DNA from: an uncultured archaeon
Lineage (GTDB): Archaea; Aenigmatarchaeota; Aenigmatarchaeia; Aenigmatarchaeales; Aenigmatarchaeaceae
Reading direction: 5' to 3'
Assembly: GCA_964608725.1 (NCBI GenBank)
Contig: CAZSPB010000001.1
Span: 43,696-107,695, forward strand
DNA length: 64,000 bases
Within the stretch, counting starts at the first letter, position 1. Each line of letters opens with the position of its first letter. Below, in pieces: positions 27,460-36,822 of this stretch. Under the pieces are notes generated by a model that was not told where the DNA came from, did not search any database, and saw only the letters and a list, made by a program, of their open reading frames with translations. The translations under genes and the position numbers were made by a program.

Positions 27460-28461
27460 TTAAACATTCGGTACCAATTTATTTATTATTTTGTTTATCT
27501 CACTTTTAACATCAACTTCTTTTACTTCACTAACAATGAATTCAGGCCTGTTAAAGAGCTTATTTTTTCTTACTTTACCTTTCATAACAAACTCTTTACC
27601 AAGAATGTCTACTATATCAAAAATTGACTTATCATGCTTTAATGCATTTTCCAAATCCATACCAACTAATTGGAGAGCAACGTCTCTAAAAAATACAGCC
27701 CTCATATTCATTGTACCATCATCAATAACACCAGATATTACCATAGCTTTTTCTGGTTCAACTTCTCCATGTTCTTTACACACAAATTTATTCTCAACTT
27801 TTTCCACTTTTCCTCCACATTTAGGACATATTTCAAAGAAAAGATTTGTTTCAAATATTTGCACTATGGCAGCTCTCACTTCAGCTATATCATTTAACTT
27901 TAATTGAGAAATCTTCTTTCTTACGACTTTTCTTTCCAAAATTCTTTCTATTTCTTCTAAAGAAGGAAGGTCACTTTCTTCTAGTATTTTTATTCCACCT
28001 CTTTCACTAAGTCTTAATTCTACACCACCAATTCCATTATCTCTTGTATAAGCTCCAAAAGTTTCAATGGCCATTCCAGGCTTTAATTTTTCAGCTATTT
28101 CAGTTTGTTCATCCCATAGAGAAAGTCTTATTGTGCCAGTAGAATCTCCCAATATCACACTTGCAACTTTTCCTTTCCCACCTTGTCTTTCAAATTCTTT
28201 TGGTTCAAAAACTTTCAATACTCTTCCACTTAATGTTAAATTTCTTATCCTAGGAACAACATTTTTTATTTCTAACCTTCTTTTTTCTTTAATTTTTGGA
28301 AGAAGATCTAAACCTAACTCTTTTGCAACTATGTAAGCAGCACCTTCCTTTGAAACTAAGTGTGATAACTCTTTTTGTTTTTCTATTATTTTATTTTCAA
28401 TTTCTCTTCTTTCTAAACCTGTCTTTTCTTTGATCTTTTCTATTATCTCTTCTAAGTTCAT
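27460..28461 (-). CDS. RPA-like single-stranded DNA-binding protein (OB fold plus zinc ribbon)
   Basis: OB-fold pattern ([11 protein letters not shown]...[20 protein letters not shown]) and CPKCGGK...CKEHG. Adjacent to and co-directional with radA. Confidence 0.65.
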   Translation of the reverse strand: MNLEEIIEKIKEKTGLERREIENKIIEKQKELSHLVSKEGAAYIVAKELGLDLLPKIKEKRRLEIKNVVPRIRNLTLSGRVLKVFEPKEFERQGGKGKVASVILGDSTGTIRLSLWDEQTEIAEKLKPGMAIETFGAYTRDNGIGGVELRLSERGGIKILEESDLPSLEEIERILERKVVRKKISQLKLNDIAEVRAAIVQIFETNLFFEICPKCGGKVEKVENKFVCKEHGEVEPEKAMVISGVIDDGTMNMRAVFFRDVALQLVGMDLENALKHDKSIFDIVDILGKEFVMKGKVRKNKLFNRPEFIVSEVKEVDVKSEINKIINKLVPNV

Positions 28462-28518
28462 AAGAACAAATTAAATTCTAAAGCTTATATTATTTTTTCA
28501 CTAATGTATTAGAAAAAA

Positions 28519-28722
28519 TTATTCTATTTTCCTTTTTGCTTCTAAAACATCTTCAAGCAAAACCGTTTTTCTTCCCTTACTTTTTGCTATAGCAACCGAT
28601 TCTGCAGCTATGTCAGAAATTATCTCTTCTAAAACATTTGCAAATTCCTTTACAGCATTTTTACTAACTCTCATATTAGTTTTTTTCAGTATTTTTTCAG
28701 CTGATGCCAAGGAAATATCCAT
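28519..28722 (-). CDS. Archaeal histone (HMf-like)
   Basis: 67 aa. A histone-fold pattern, MRVSKNAVKEFANVLEEIISDIAAESVAIAKSKGRKTVLLEDV, closely resembles archaeal histones. Confidence 0.85.
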   Translation of the reverse strand: MDISLASAEKILKKTNMRVSKNAVKEFANVLEEIISDIAAESVAIAKSKGRKTVLLEDVLEAKRKIE

Positions 28723-28761
28723 ATTTTTATATTCTTTCCCTTAAATTTTAAGTTTCTACCT

Positions 28762-28788
28762 AACTCTCACTTTTAATTTTGTGAGAGT
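28762..28788. other. Perfect 9-bp inverted repeat (AACTCTCAC / GTGAGAGTT) with a 9-nt loop
   Basis: aactctcac at 28762-28770 and gtgagagtt at 28780-28788. Shares the core TGTGAGAGTTCA with the element at 29916-29943. Confidence 0.6.
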
Positions 28789-28976
28789 TCAAGCAAAATT
28801 CAATTTTAAAATATATTTTACGAGAAATATTTATTGAAATATTTTATGTTTAAGTTATTTTTAAAAATAAACTTTTTAAAAAGATTTTTTATAAATATTC
28901 TACAAAAAATATATTTACGGAATACAAGATAGGTTTAAATAATTGTTTTATCTTAAAATTATTAAGGTGTTGAAAA

Positions 28977-29291
28977 GTGAGAGTTAAAAAGTTAAAGAAA
29001 ACAATATTTGAAAACTTGTTCTTAAGGCCAAAACCAGTAAATATGTTAACAAGCTTAAGAAAAGATGCTATAAGGTATGCTACTCAAGTTTCTAAAGCAG
29101 TTGATTGTACTTATTCTCACACTGTAAAAGTTCTTGAACAATTTAGAAAATTGGGTTTAGTTGAATTTGAAAAGAAAGGAAGGATCAAAATAATAAAGTT
29201 AACTAGTGATGGAAAAAGTATTGCTGAAGATTTAGCGAATCTAAAAAAGAAGTTTCTTTCATTATCAAAAAAAGTTAAAGAATCTAAGTAA
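28977..29291 (+). CDS. Small winged-helix (MarR/PadR-like) DNA-binding protein
   Basis: 104 aa. HTVKVLEQFRKLGLVEFEKKGRIKIIKLTSDG is wH-like. Confidence 0.4.
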   Translation: MRVKKLKKTIFENLFLRPKPVNMLTSLRKDAIRYATQVSKAVDCTYSHTVKVLEQFRKLGLVEFEKKGRIKIIKLTSDGKSIAEDLANLKKKFLSLSKKVKESK

Positions 29292-29444
29292 AAATTCTTG
29301 TGGACAGTTGATGTTAATCTTAAACTTTTCAGCATCCTTTTTCTTGTATGATCAAGATTATTTACTCAGATATACCACTCATTAATACTATCTCTGAACC
29401 AGAAAATGCAAAGTTTTATTAACTTGGACACTTAATGTTAATCT

Positions 29445-29789
29445 ATGAAAGAATTGTTAACTTGGCTTTATGGAAAGTCTGCTAGGAACGCGCACATAAG
29501 AGAAATGGCCGAAAAAGCTATAAAAATTCTGAGTGAGCAGGGATCAATGGAACATCAAGAGCTTTGTGAGGCTTTAGGGATAGGGTTTAACAAGTACAAA
29601 AAGCCTAAAAGAACATTTTATTTTGTTGTTAATCCTTTGAAAAAAGTGAGATTAATAAGAGAGAAAAGGATCTTTCCAGAAAAAGGTTCAAGAAAGTTTA
29701 AAACACATTACATCTTCACTCCAGAGGAATTTAAAGGTTATATGGCTAGGGTAATAGAGGAATTTTATGAAAAAGTTAAAAGCAAGTAA
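29445..29789 (+). CDS. Hypothetical protein (114 aa)
   Basis: ORF track; basic, possible DNA-binding. Confidence 0.3.
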   Translation: MKELLTWLYGKSARNAHIREMAEKAIKILSEQGSMEHQELCEALGIGFNKYKKPKRTFYFVVNPLKKVRLIREKRIFPEKGSRKFKTHYIFTPEEFKGYMARVIEEFYEKVKSK

Positions 29790-29915
29790 AAAATATATTT
29801 TAGAAAATATTTTAATAAAAGAAACTTTTTAAAAGGTTATTTTTAAATAAATTTCTAAAAAAATATATTATTTAAAAGATATATTTAAAAATATATTGTT
29901 CAAAATTTGTGAAAT

Positions 29916-29943
29916 TGAACTCACATTGAAATGTGAGAGTTCA
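29916..29943. other. Near-perfect inverted repeat (TGAACTCACA / TGTGAGAGTTCA) with a 6-nt loop
   Basis: 29916-29925 and 29932-29943. Same-strand core TGTGAGAGTTCA as at 28778-28790. Lies in the convergent region between 29445..29789 (+) and the ABC ATPase gene (-). Confidence 0.55.
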
Positions 29944-30066
29944 GCGAAAAATGTGAAGGAAAAAAGGAAGTTTCAAATCTTAGAAAATCTCACAAATTAA
30001 TTATAAAAATCATAAAGTTCTCTTACCTCTATATAAGGCCTTATATATGAAAAGTAAAGGAAAGTA

Positions 30067-30786
30067 TTAGTGCTTACACAATTCGTATTTTACCTTCTTT
30101 TTATAAAATTCTTTAGGAGTTCCTTTAAATGTTATTTTTCCATCTTTGAGAACATAAACTGTATCTGCAAATTCTCTTAAAGTTGTTATATCATTAGTAG
30201 CAAGGATTATAGTAGTTCTCTTTTCTTTACTTAATTTGTTAAATTTTTTGATCATAAACTTTTTTGAAACAACATCCAATTCAGCTAATGCTTCATCTAA
30301 AATTAAAAGTTCAGGCTCAATAACTAAAGCTCCAGCTATTGCAACCTTTTTCTTTTCACCTCCACTTAAGTAACGAGGTATCTTATTTTTAAGATGCTCA
30401 ATTTTTAATTCTCTAATTATATCATTCACCCTCTTTTTAACCTCTTTTTTATCAAACCCAAAATTCATTGGAGAAAAAGCTATATCATCCCACACTGTTG
30501 GTCCAATCAGTTGTTCATCTACATTTTGAAAAACAACTCCAATTTTTTTCATAATTTTTTCAAAATTTTTTGAAGGATCAACTCCAAAAACTTCTATAGT
30601 GCCTTCTGTAGCCTTTAAAAGACCTACAATGTGATGAAGTAAAGTTGTTTTACCAGCTCCATTAGGGCCTATTAAAATAACTTTTTCACCTCTATGAACA
30701 ACAAAGGATAACCCACAAACTCTCACTTCAGTTTTGTCCGGATATTTGTGTTTTAAACAATTTACTCTCACTATTACTTCTTTCAT
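30067..30786 (-). CDS. cbiO: ECF/ABC transporter ATP-binding protein (CbiO-like)
   Basis: Walker A LIGPNGAGKTTLL, ABC signature LSGGEKKKVAIAGAL, Walker B LLILDEA. Confidence 0.85.
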   Translation of the reverse strand: MKEVIVRVNCLKHKYPDKTEVRVCGLSFVVHRGEKVILIGPNGAGKTTLLHHIVGLLKATEGTIEVFGVDPSKNFEKIMKKIGVVFQNVDEQLIGPTVWDDIAFSPMNFGFDKKEVKKRVNDIIRELKIEHLKNKIPRYLSGGEKKKVAIAGALVIEPELLILDEALAELDVVSKKFMIKKFNKLSKEKRTTIILATNDITTLREFADTVYVLKDGKITFKGTPKEFYKKKVKYELCKH

Positions 30787-31475
30787 ATGAAAATCACCAA
30801 GAAAATAATTATTCCAATTATTACTAAAAATAAATCTGAAAGTCTAAATTTATGTTCCTCAAAAGAATAAATTTTTCCTTTAAAACCTCTTATTCTTAGG
30901 ATATTGTAAATTCTTTCGCTTTTTTCAATAGAAGAAATGAATAAAGAACCTATGAGCATGCCTATATTTTTCATTCTTTTTAGCAAACTACCAGAATAAC
31001 CTCCTCTCACTTTCAAAATTTTTAATTTAACTTCCATTTCATCAAGAAGCAAAAAGAAAAACCTGTAACTTAAAAACATAATTGATGCTAAAGTAGTTGA
31101 AATCTTATTAAAAACTGAAAAAATTCTTGGATACGGAGTAGTACAAATTATAAGAAACATGAGTGAAGATGCACAAAATGCTCTTAAAATTGTTTGCAGA
31201 GGGAGTAACCCATAACTAATTTGACTTATTGCAAAAAGGGAAGCAAAGAAAACTAAAAATAAAGACCAACTTAAAATTTTGAGAATTGGAAGTTTCGCTA
31301 CTTTAATTAAAGTTATTATAACAAAAATTATTAATAAAAGCTTAAACAAAGATTTGGTCAATAAAATTGAGATTAAAACTAAAATTAGAAAAATTATTTT
31401 TGAGATTGTCGAACTTTTGTGAATTACACTTTCTAGGTTGTTTGAATAATAATCTATAATGTAAATTGAGCTCAT
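30783..31475 (-). CDS. cbiQ: ECF transporter transmembrane (T) component, CbiQ-like
   Basis: 230 aa, multi-TM. In an operon between cbiM-like and cbiO-like genes, with 4-nt and 1-nt overlaps. Confidence 0.65.
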   Translation of the reverse strand: MSSIYIIDYYSNNLESVIHKSSTISKIIFLILVLISILLTKSLFKLLLIIFVIITLIKVAKLPILKILSWSLFLVFFASLFAISQISYGLLPLQTILRAFCASSLMFLIICTTPYPRIFSVFNKISTTLASIMFLSYRFFFLLLDEMEVKLKILKVRGGYSGSLLKRMKNIGMLIGSLFISSIEKSERIYNILRIRGFKGKIYSFEEHKFRLSDLFLVIIGIIIFLVIFI

Positions 31476-32113
31476 TATTTCACCAAGTTTGGCTTAATTT
31501 TTTTAATATACTGGATAAGAAAACCTGTAACTAAAGCTTCTATTATTGATCCTCCAATAGCTATAGGGAGAATTAAAGATATGTAAGTTGGTAAAGAGAT
31601 TTGTAAGTGTCCCAGCTCTTCATGTAAGAATTCGCCTGGGTTTATAGTTGAAATAGCAACTATTCCAATAACTAGGAAAGTTGAACATATTAATGAGAAA
31701 AATGTTGAAATGCTTGCTCTAATAAAATAATTTTTTAAATATTTTTTAAGCACTTTGAATAAGAAAATCCCTACTATTGCTTCAAACCAAAGAACTAGAG
31801 CATTTAGTCCAACTATAGTTATGCCTCCATGACCTAAAAATGCAAGAATGAAATTTACAATAAAAGAAATGATAAGAGAAAAATAAATTCCAATTATTAA
31901 ACCAGAAAAAACACTTAAATTCATATGAAATGGAACACCAAGGGGAATTGACATTACTACTAACATCAAAGCAACTAACATCGCTGCCAAAGGAATTTTT
32001 TTAACTTCTTTTTTTACTTTGTGTAAAGCTATAGCTAGAAAGATTATTGTGATTAAGTAACCACTCACCCATAACCAAATAGGTAAAACACCGTCAGGTA
32101 TGTGAATGTGCAT
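31475..32113 (-). CDS. cbiM: Cobalt/nickel ECF transporter substrate component, CbiM-like
   Basis: N-terminus MHIHIPDG (the CbiM/NikM MHIxDG motif) and six TM helices. Confidence 0.7.
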   Translation of the reverse strand: MHIHIPDGVLPIWLWVSGYLITIIFLAIALHKVKKEVKKIPLAAMLVALMLVVMSIPLGVPFHMNLSVFSGLIIGIYFSLIISFIVNFILAFLGHGGITIVGLNALVLWFEAIVGIFLFKVLKKYLKNYFIRASISTFFSLICSTFLVIGIVAISTINPGEFLHEELGHLQISLPTYISLILPIAIGGSIIEALVTGFLIQYIKKIKPNLVK

Positions 32114-32159
32114 GTTAATTTATAATATCCTTCACAATTTATAATAGTAAAGTGAGAAA

Positions 32160-32510
32160 ATGAGAATTGCTTTCGCAAGTGATGAAAACAAGGGTCTTGA
32201 AAGTAATATTGCATTTCATTTTGGAAGATGTAAGTATTATGTGTTTGTTGATGTTGAAGATAAAGAAATTAAGAAAATTGAAGTAAAAGAAAACCCTTTT
32301 TTTAACCAACATCAACCAGGAATTATACCTCAATTCATTGCAAAAGAGAAAGCAAATGTAATTATTGCAGGAGGAATGGGGCCAAGAGCTGTTGATTGGT
32401 TCAAAAAACTTGGCATTAGACCAATAACGGGTGTAAAGGGAAAGGTTAAAGATGTGTTAAATGATTTTCTTGAGGGTAAGTCGTTTAATGTTAAAACTTG
32501 TAAAGAATAA
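32160..32510 (+). CDS. NifX/NifB-like dinitrogenase FeMo-cofactor-binding family protein (PF02579-like)
   Basis: MRIAFASDENKGLESNIAFHFGRCKYYVFVDV...ANVIIAGGMGPRAVDWFKKLGIRP matches the family pattern. 116 aa. Confidence 0.7.
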   Translation: MRIAFASDENKGLESNIAFHFGRCKYYVFVDVEDKEIKKIEVKENPFFNQHQPGIIPQFIAKEKANVIIAGGMGPRAVDWFKKLGIRPITGVKGKVKDVLNDFLEGKSFNVKTCKE

Positions 32511-32522
32511 TTTTATGATTAT

Positions 32523-32729
32523 ATGGAAGAGAAAAGAATTTTCTTTGTGAAAAAAGAAGTTTCAAAAGAAGAGATACCCAAAAAAATCGAAGTAGAAGAG
32601 ATATCATACTTTGGTTATACGGGCAGACATTTTTTGTACGAGTTGGAGAAAATAGAAGATTGTGAAAATGGTTTTATGAAAGTTATTTATAAAAAGAAAG
32701 GCTTTGTTGAAAATAATCATAAAACTTAA
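32523..32729 (+). CDS. Hypothetical protein (68 aa)
   Basis: ORF track only. Confidence 0.25.
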   Translation: MEEKRIFFVKKEVSKEEIPKKIEVEEISYFGYTGRHFLYELEKIEDCENGFMKVIYKKKGFVENNHKT

Positions 32730-32754
32730 ATTTTTTATTTTTTATAAGAAGTAA

Positions 32755-33801
32755 ATGAAAGGTATATTCATTACAGATTTAGAGGGCCCGCTTTCTAAAA
32801 ATGACAATGCATTTGAGTTAGCAAAAAACTATATTCCTGATGGTGATAAATTCTTTTCTTTAGTGAGCAAATATGATGATGTTCTTGCAGATGTTTTTCA
32901 TAGGCCAAACTATAAAGCAGGAGATACATTAAGGTTAATTCTTCCATTTTTGAAAGCTTATGGAGTAACAAGTAAGGAAATGGAAGAATATTCTTCTGAA
33001 AGCATTCTTCTAGTGCCTAAGGCTAAAGAAACTATAAAAACTGTAAGAAGTTGGATGCCATCTTTCATAGTAAGTACAAGTTATGAGCAATATGTAAAAG
33101 CAGTTTGTGATTGGCTGGAATTTCCATTTGAGAATGCTTTTTGTACAAGAGTAAATATTGATAAATATGAAATGGATGAAATTGAAAAAGAAAAAGTAAA
33201 AAAGTGGAGTAGGGAAATAGTTAAAATGCCTATGATTCAGATACCAAGAAATGCTAAATCTTTAAAAGATTTTTCAAAAAGAGATCAAAAAACTATAGAA
33301 AGGTTAGATGAAATATTCTTTGAAGAAATTCCTAAAATGAAATGTGGAAAAATGCTTGAAGAAGTTAACCCAATTGGTGGTTATGAAAAAGCAGAGGCCG
33401 TTAAAATGATAACGGAAAATATGAATGCTAATTTTTCCAATGTTATTTACTTTGGTGATAGCATAACGGATGTTGAATCTTTTAAGTTAGTAAAAGATAA
33501 TGGAGGGGTTAGTATTTCTTTTAATGGCAATCAATATGCAATAAGAGAAGCAGAAATTGCGGTTTTGTCAAAAGATACATTTCCAATTCTTACTCTTTCT
33601 CATGCCTTTAAAAGGAAAGGTAAGGAGGGAGTTTTTGAGTATGTAGAAAAATGGGATGAAATGTTTGGAGAAAGTGATTTATGTCCAAAAGTTCTCCCCC
33701 AAATAAAAGTAATAAATGATGAGAACAAAGAAAAGCTGGCAGAAGAGAGTAGTGTTTTCAGAAAAACAGTAAGAGGAGAGGCTATAGGGAAGTTAGGTTG
33801 A
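32755..33801 (+). CDS. Putative HAD-superfamily hydrolase-like protein
   Basis: N-terminal FITDLEGPL (degenerate DxDG motif I) and a late YFGDSITDV (motif IV-like GDxxxD). 348 aa. Confidence 0.35.
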   Translation: MKGIFITDLEGPLSKNDNAFELAKNYIPDGDKFFSLVSKYDDVLADVFHRPNYKAGDTLRLILPFLKAYGVTSKEMEEYSSESILLVPKAKETIKTVRSWMPSFIVSTSYEQYVKAVCDWLEFPFENAFCTRVNIDKYEMDEIEKEKVKKWSREIVKMPMIQIPRNAKSLKDFSKRDQKTIERLDEIFFEEIPKMKCGKMLEEVNPIGGYEKAEAVKMITENMNANFSNVIYFGDSITDVESFKLVKDNGGVSISFNGNQYAIREAEIAVLSKDTFPILTLSHAFKRKGKEGVFEYVEKWDEMFGESDLCPKVLPQIKVINDENKEKLAEESSVFRKTVRGEAIGKLG

Positions 33802-34566
33802 AGTTGCTAATGCTTTTACTGTTGTTTCTCTTATTTTTAGGCCTTTATAGAAAATGTTCATCATTTCTTTTTCAGTTAAGTTTGGCCATACTAAAGGTAC
33901 ACTTAATACTTCTAACACATCTTCAGGGTTCACTTCAGGAAATGCTTCTATGAATTGGTTAGCAATTTCATATTTTGTATCACCTTTTAACTTTTCTCCT
34001 TTTAGAATTACAGCATTTCTAAAGAAATTTCCTAAAGCTTTCGTACTTTTCTTAAAGTTGTAGGCAAAGCTCCTCTTATTATGCTTTCTAAGATAATCAA
34101 GAAGAGTTGCAGTTTTCCTAGTTCTCCATATAGAATAAGCTAAACTTGACTCTTCATTAGGGCCAGGATTTTTATCCGACAAGATGTTTCTGAAATCTTT
34201 ACCAAAAAGGATCTTACCAGAACTTCTAAGATGTTCTTTGAAAGATTTTATAATCCAAGCATACTTTCCTGATTTTACACTTCCCACATCATAAACACTA
34301 AACTCTACTTCTTCTTCAATACCCCAATTTATCTTTTTTTCTAATCTTTCTCTAACTCTTGTGTAAGTATTAGATAACTCTTCATAAAATTCAACTGGGC
34401 AACAAAAATTATATTTTGATAAAAATAAAACATCAACATCACTCCACTTTTCTTTATAATCTTCTTCTCTCGCTGCGGAACCATAAGTCATTATTCCAAA
34501 ACAATGTCTAAGAAGCGAAGGTTTTAACTCTTCTTTCAAAACTTTTAGAATTTCATTCAATTTCAT
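33793..34566 (-). CDS. Nucleotidyltransferase-domain (Pol-beta superfamily) protein
   Basis: MTYGSAAREEDYKEKWSDVDVLFLSK carries the GS...D.D signature. Confidence 0.55.
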   Translation of the reverse strand: MKLNEILKVLKEELKPSLLRHCFGIMTYGSAAREEDYKEKWSDVDVLFLSKYNFCCPVEFYEELSNTYTRVRERLEKKINWGIEEEVEFSVYDVGSVKSGKYAWIIKSFKEHLRSSGKILFGKDFRNILSDKNPGPNEESSLAYSIWRTRKTATLLDYLRKHNKRSFAYNFKKSTKALGNFFRNAVILKGEKLKGDTKYEIANQFIEAFPEVNPEDVLEVLSVPLVWPNLTEKEMMNIFYKGLKIRETTVKALATST

Positions 34567-34596
34567 AAAACTATAATAAAAAGAAAATTTTAAATC

Positions 34597-35496
34597 TTAA
34601 ACAGGTAAAAGAAGGTTTAGAGTACATTCTTCTTTCACTTTTATAATCATCGTGTTTCCAATATTTTCACTTTTAAAACGAACATTAGTTCTTGTAATTC
34701 CTTTTGACCATTTCTGTTCCTTCTCTATCCAATCATAAAGTCCTAATACTATACAATCTCCTTTTATTTCATCAAAGGATAACCCAACCATTTGAGGAGT
34801 TATATGAATAAAATTCCAACCTTTATATAGGTGTATCTCACCAAGTTTTGGCATAAATTGAGGATTGTAAAGGTAATATCTCATTTTCCCGCTCTTCTTT
34901 GAATAAACCCATACAGAACTCGATCTTACATAACTTTCAAGTTTTGAATTACTCTTTAACTTTTTCCCGAGATCTTCTAGAGCTAAGTTCATATACTTTT
35001 GTTTTTCAGGATCAAAAAAGTAGCTTACTATAAAATCTTTTTCATCGATTTCAGAATAACCAACAATATCTTCAATTTTAGTGCCATTTTTTAAAATATA
35101 TCCATAAGATGAAGGAATGAGATTCCACCCTTTATATATTTTTATAGTTATAACGTAATTTGAACGATTAGTAGATCTCAAAAATTCTGTGTTGTAAGAG
35201 GTTAAGTAGTCTGTTTTTGAAAATGCTGAAGGAGGAATTGAAGGAGGAATTGGTATGATGCACTTACAATTTATACATACCTTATTTTCAGGACAAGGAG
35301 AATTATCACATTCTTCACCAATTTCAATTTTACTATTACCACATATAGCTTTAGGTTGAATGCATCCTAGGAAAAAGATTAAGAGAAAAATAAGGAAGAT
35401 TAATTTTAGTGGGAAATTCATAAGATATATTCGTAAAGGTTCGTATAAAAATTTTCTGGTTAAATTTAAATCCTTTTCTTTAAAATTTATTTTCAT
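34597..35496 (-). CDS. Secreted or membrane-anchored cysteine-rich protein
   Basis: N-terminal TM/signal segment, a Cys-rich module (CGNSKIEIGEECDNSPCPENKVCINCKC), and a Pro-rich linker. Confidence 0.45.
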   Translation of the reverse strand: MKINFKEKDLNLTRKFLYEPLRIYLMNFPLKLIFLIFLLIFFLGCIQPKAICGNSKIEIGEECDNSPCPENKVCINCKCIIPIPPSIPPSAFSKTDYLTSYNTEFLRSTNRSNYVITIKIYKGWNLIPSSYGYILKNGTKIEDIVGYSEIDEKDFIVSYFFDPEKQKYMNLALEDLGKKLKSNSKLESYVRSSSVWVYSKKSGKMRYYLYNPQFMPKLGEIHLYKGWNFIHITPQMVGLSFDEIKGDCIVLGLYDWIEKEQKWSKGITRTNVRFKSENIGNTMIIKVKEECTLNLLLPV

Positions 35497-35950
35497 GTCT
35501 TACAATGTGAAGTGTGTTCATAAAGATTTCATTGCAGATAATTCATTAGGCAATTGGAAAAGATTCAAAGTTTATTACTTAGAAAATCTTCCTAAAAACA
35601 CTTGGGAAAATGCACCACTTCCAATCAGGGACTTAAATGAAGAAATGGAAAGAAATTCGCAAATAGTTGGCTTGGGCTATATAATTTCTTGGCCAAACCT
35701 TATAAGGAAGTGTAATTTTGTAAAAGAACACGTTTGCGAAGTTACTTGTTTTCATCCTCCTAAAGCTAAAGGTGAGAGGTTTGAAGAGTATCCAGAAATG
35801 GAGAATGGTGCTTGTTTAGCAGAATTACTAATAGGAGGTTATGAAGCATCATTTTGGTGGAATTCAGAAACTATAGATGAATACCTCAGTATGTTTACAG
35901 ACGCCTTAGATAAGGAAAAACGTCTTGAACATAAAAAATTACCGTGGTAA
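35495..35950 (+). CDS. Hypothetical protein
   Basis: The ORF track gives 35360..35950. Starting at the internal Met (MSYNVKCVHKDF) removes the 136-nt antisense overlap with the preceding gene. Confidence 0.3.
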   Translation: MSYNVKCVHKDFIADNSLGNWKRFKVYYLENLPKNTWENAPLPIRDLNEEMERNSQIVGLGYIISWPNLIRKCNFVKEHVCEVTCFHPPKAKGERFEEYPEMENGACLAELLIGGYEASFWWNSETIDEYLSMFTDALDKEKRLEHKKLPW

Positions 35951-35982
35951 TTATAAGTTTTAAAATAATCTAAAAATTAAAT

Positions 35983-36750
35983 ATGAAAAAATTGATATTA
36001 ATATCAATATTTCTAATTTTTTTGGTATTTTTTCTTTCCTTTAATTTTTTAATGAATACGATTAAAGAAAAAGCCACAATTTTTACAGAGAAAATTTCTG
36101 ATCAAGTGATAGTAGATGGTGCTAAGTTTAAAGCTAAACTAATAACTACTCCAGTAAAAAATGTTGAAACTCCATTTCAATTAACAATAGTAAATGGTGT
36201 TACACCTCCAGACCCTCAAATTTGTGTTTTAAATGTTTCAATAAACGGAGAGACTGTTCTTTCAAATAAAAGTTGCATAAATGAAAATGAAACTTTAAAC
36301 CTTACATTTGACTACAAAGTTAAAGAAAATGAAACAACATGGAACATTTCAATATTTTACTCTGTTGAAAGTATAGTGAAGAATGTAAGTTTGTTTTTAA
36401 AGAAAAGGCCAGCAGAAGAAGGCAGTAAAATTAACCTTATCATCATTTTACCTGAAAAAGTAAAGAAAGGAGATATTTTAAGAGGGAGTGCAACTTTCAC
36501 TTCTGATTTAGATAATTGGATAAAAGTTGAAAAAGTTGTGTTGATAATAAAAAAAGAAAATACTTATTACAAATTTGAAAAAATTTTAGATTATTCTATC
36601 CCTCCAAAATTTCATTACACAACTGATTATGAGACTGCTTTGCCAGAAAATATCCAAACCGGAAATTATACTGTTAGGGGAATTCTTTTCTATTTTGAAA
36701 ACAATGTAGAGAAGGCTATTGGTTATTCTAGAAACATTGAAATTATTTAA
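35983..36750 (+). CDS. Secreted hypothetical protein with signal peptide
   Basis: N-terminal hydrophobic signal and several N-x-T/S sequons. Confidence 0.4.
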   Translation: MKKLILISIFLIFLVFFLSFNFLMNTIKEKATIFTEKISDQVIVDGAKFKAKLITTPVKNVETPFQLTIVNGVTPPDPQICVLNVSINGETVLSNKSCINENETLNLTFDYKVKENETTWNISIFYSVESIVKNVSLFLKKRPAEEGSKINLIIILPEKVKKGDILRGSATFTSDLDNWIKVEKVVLIIKKENTYYKFEKILDYSIPPKFHYTTDYETALPENIQTGNYTVRGILFYFENNVEKAIGYSRNIEII

Positions 36751-36822
36751 TTTCACTTTTTGTGAAAGGTTATAAGTTCTAAAATTTTCGAAAAATGAAG
36801 GAAGAAATTAAATCCCTTCTTT

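Noticed and set aside
35360-35494. 5' extension of ORF 35360..35950
   Set aside because: It overlaps 136 nt antisense with the C-terminus of 34597..35496. An internal Met at 35495 gives a non-overlapping gene.
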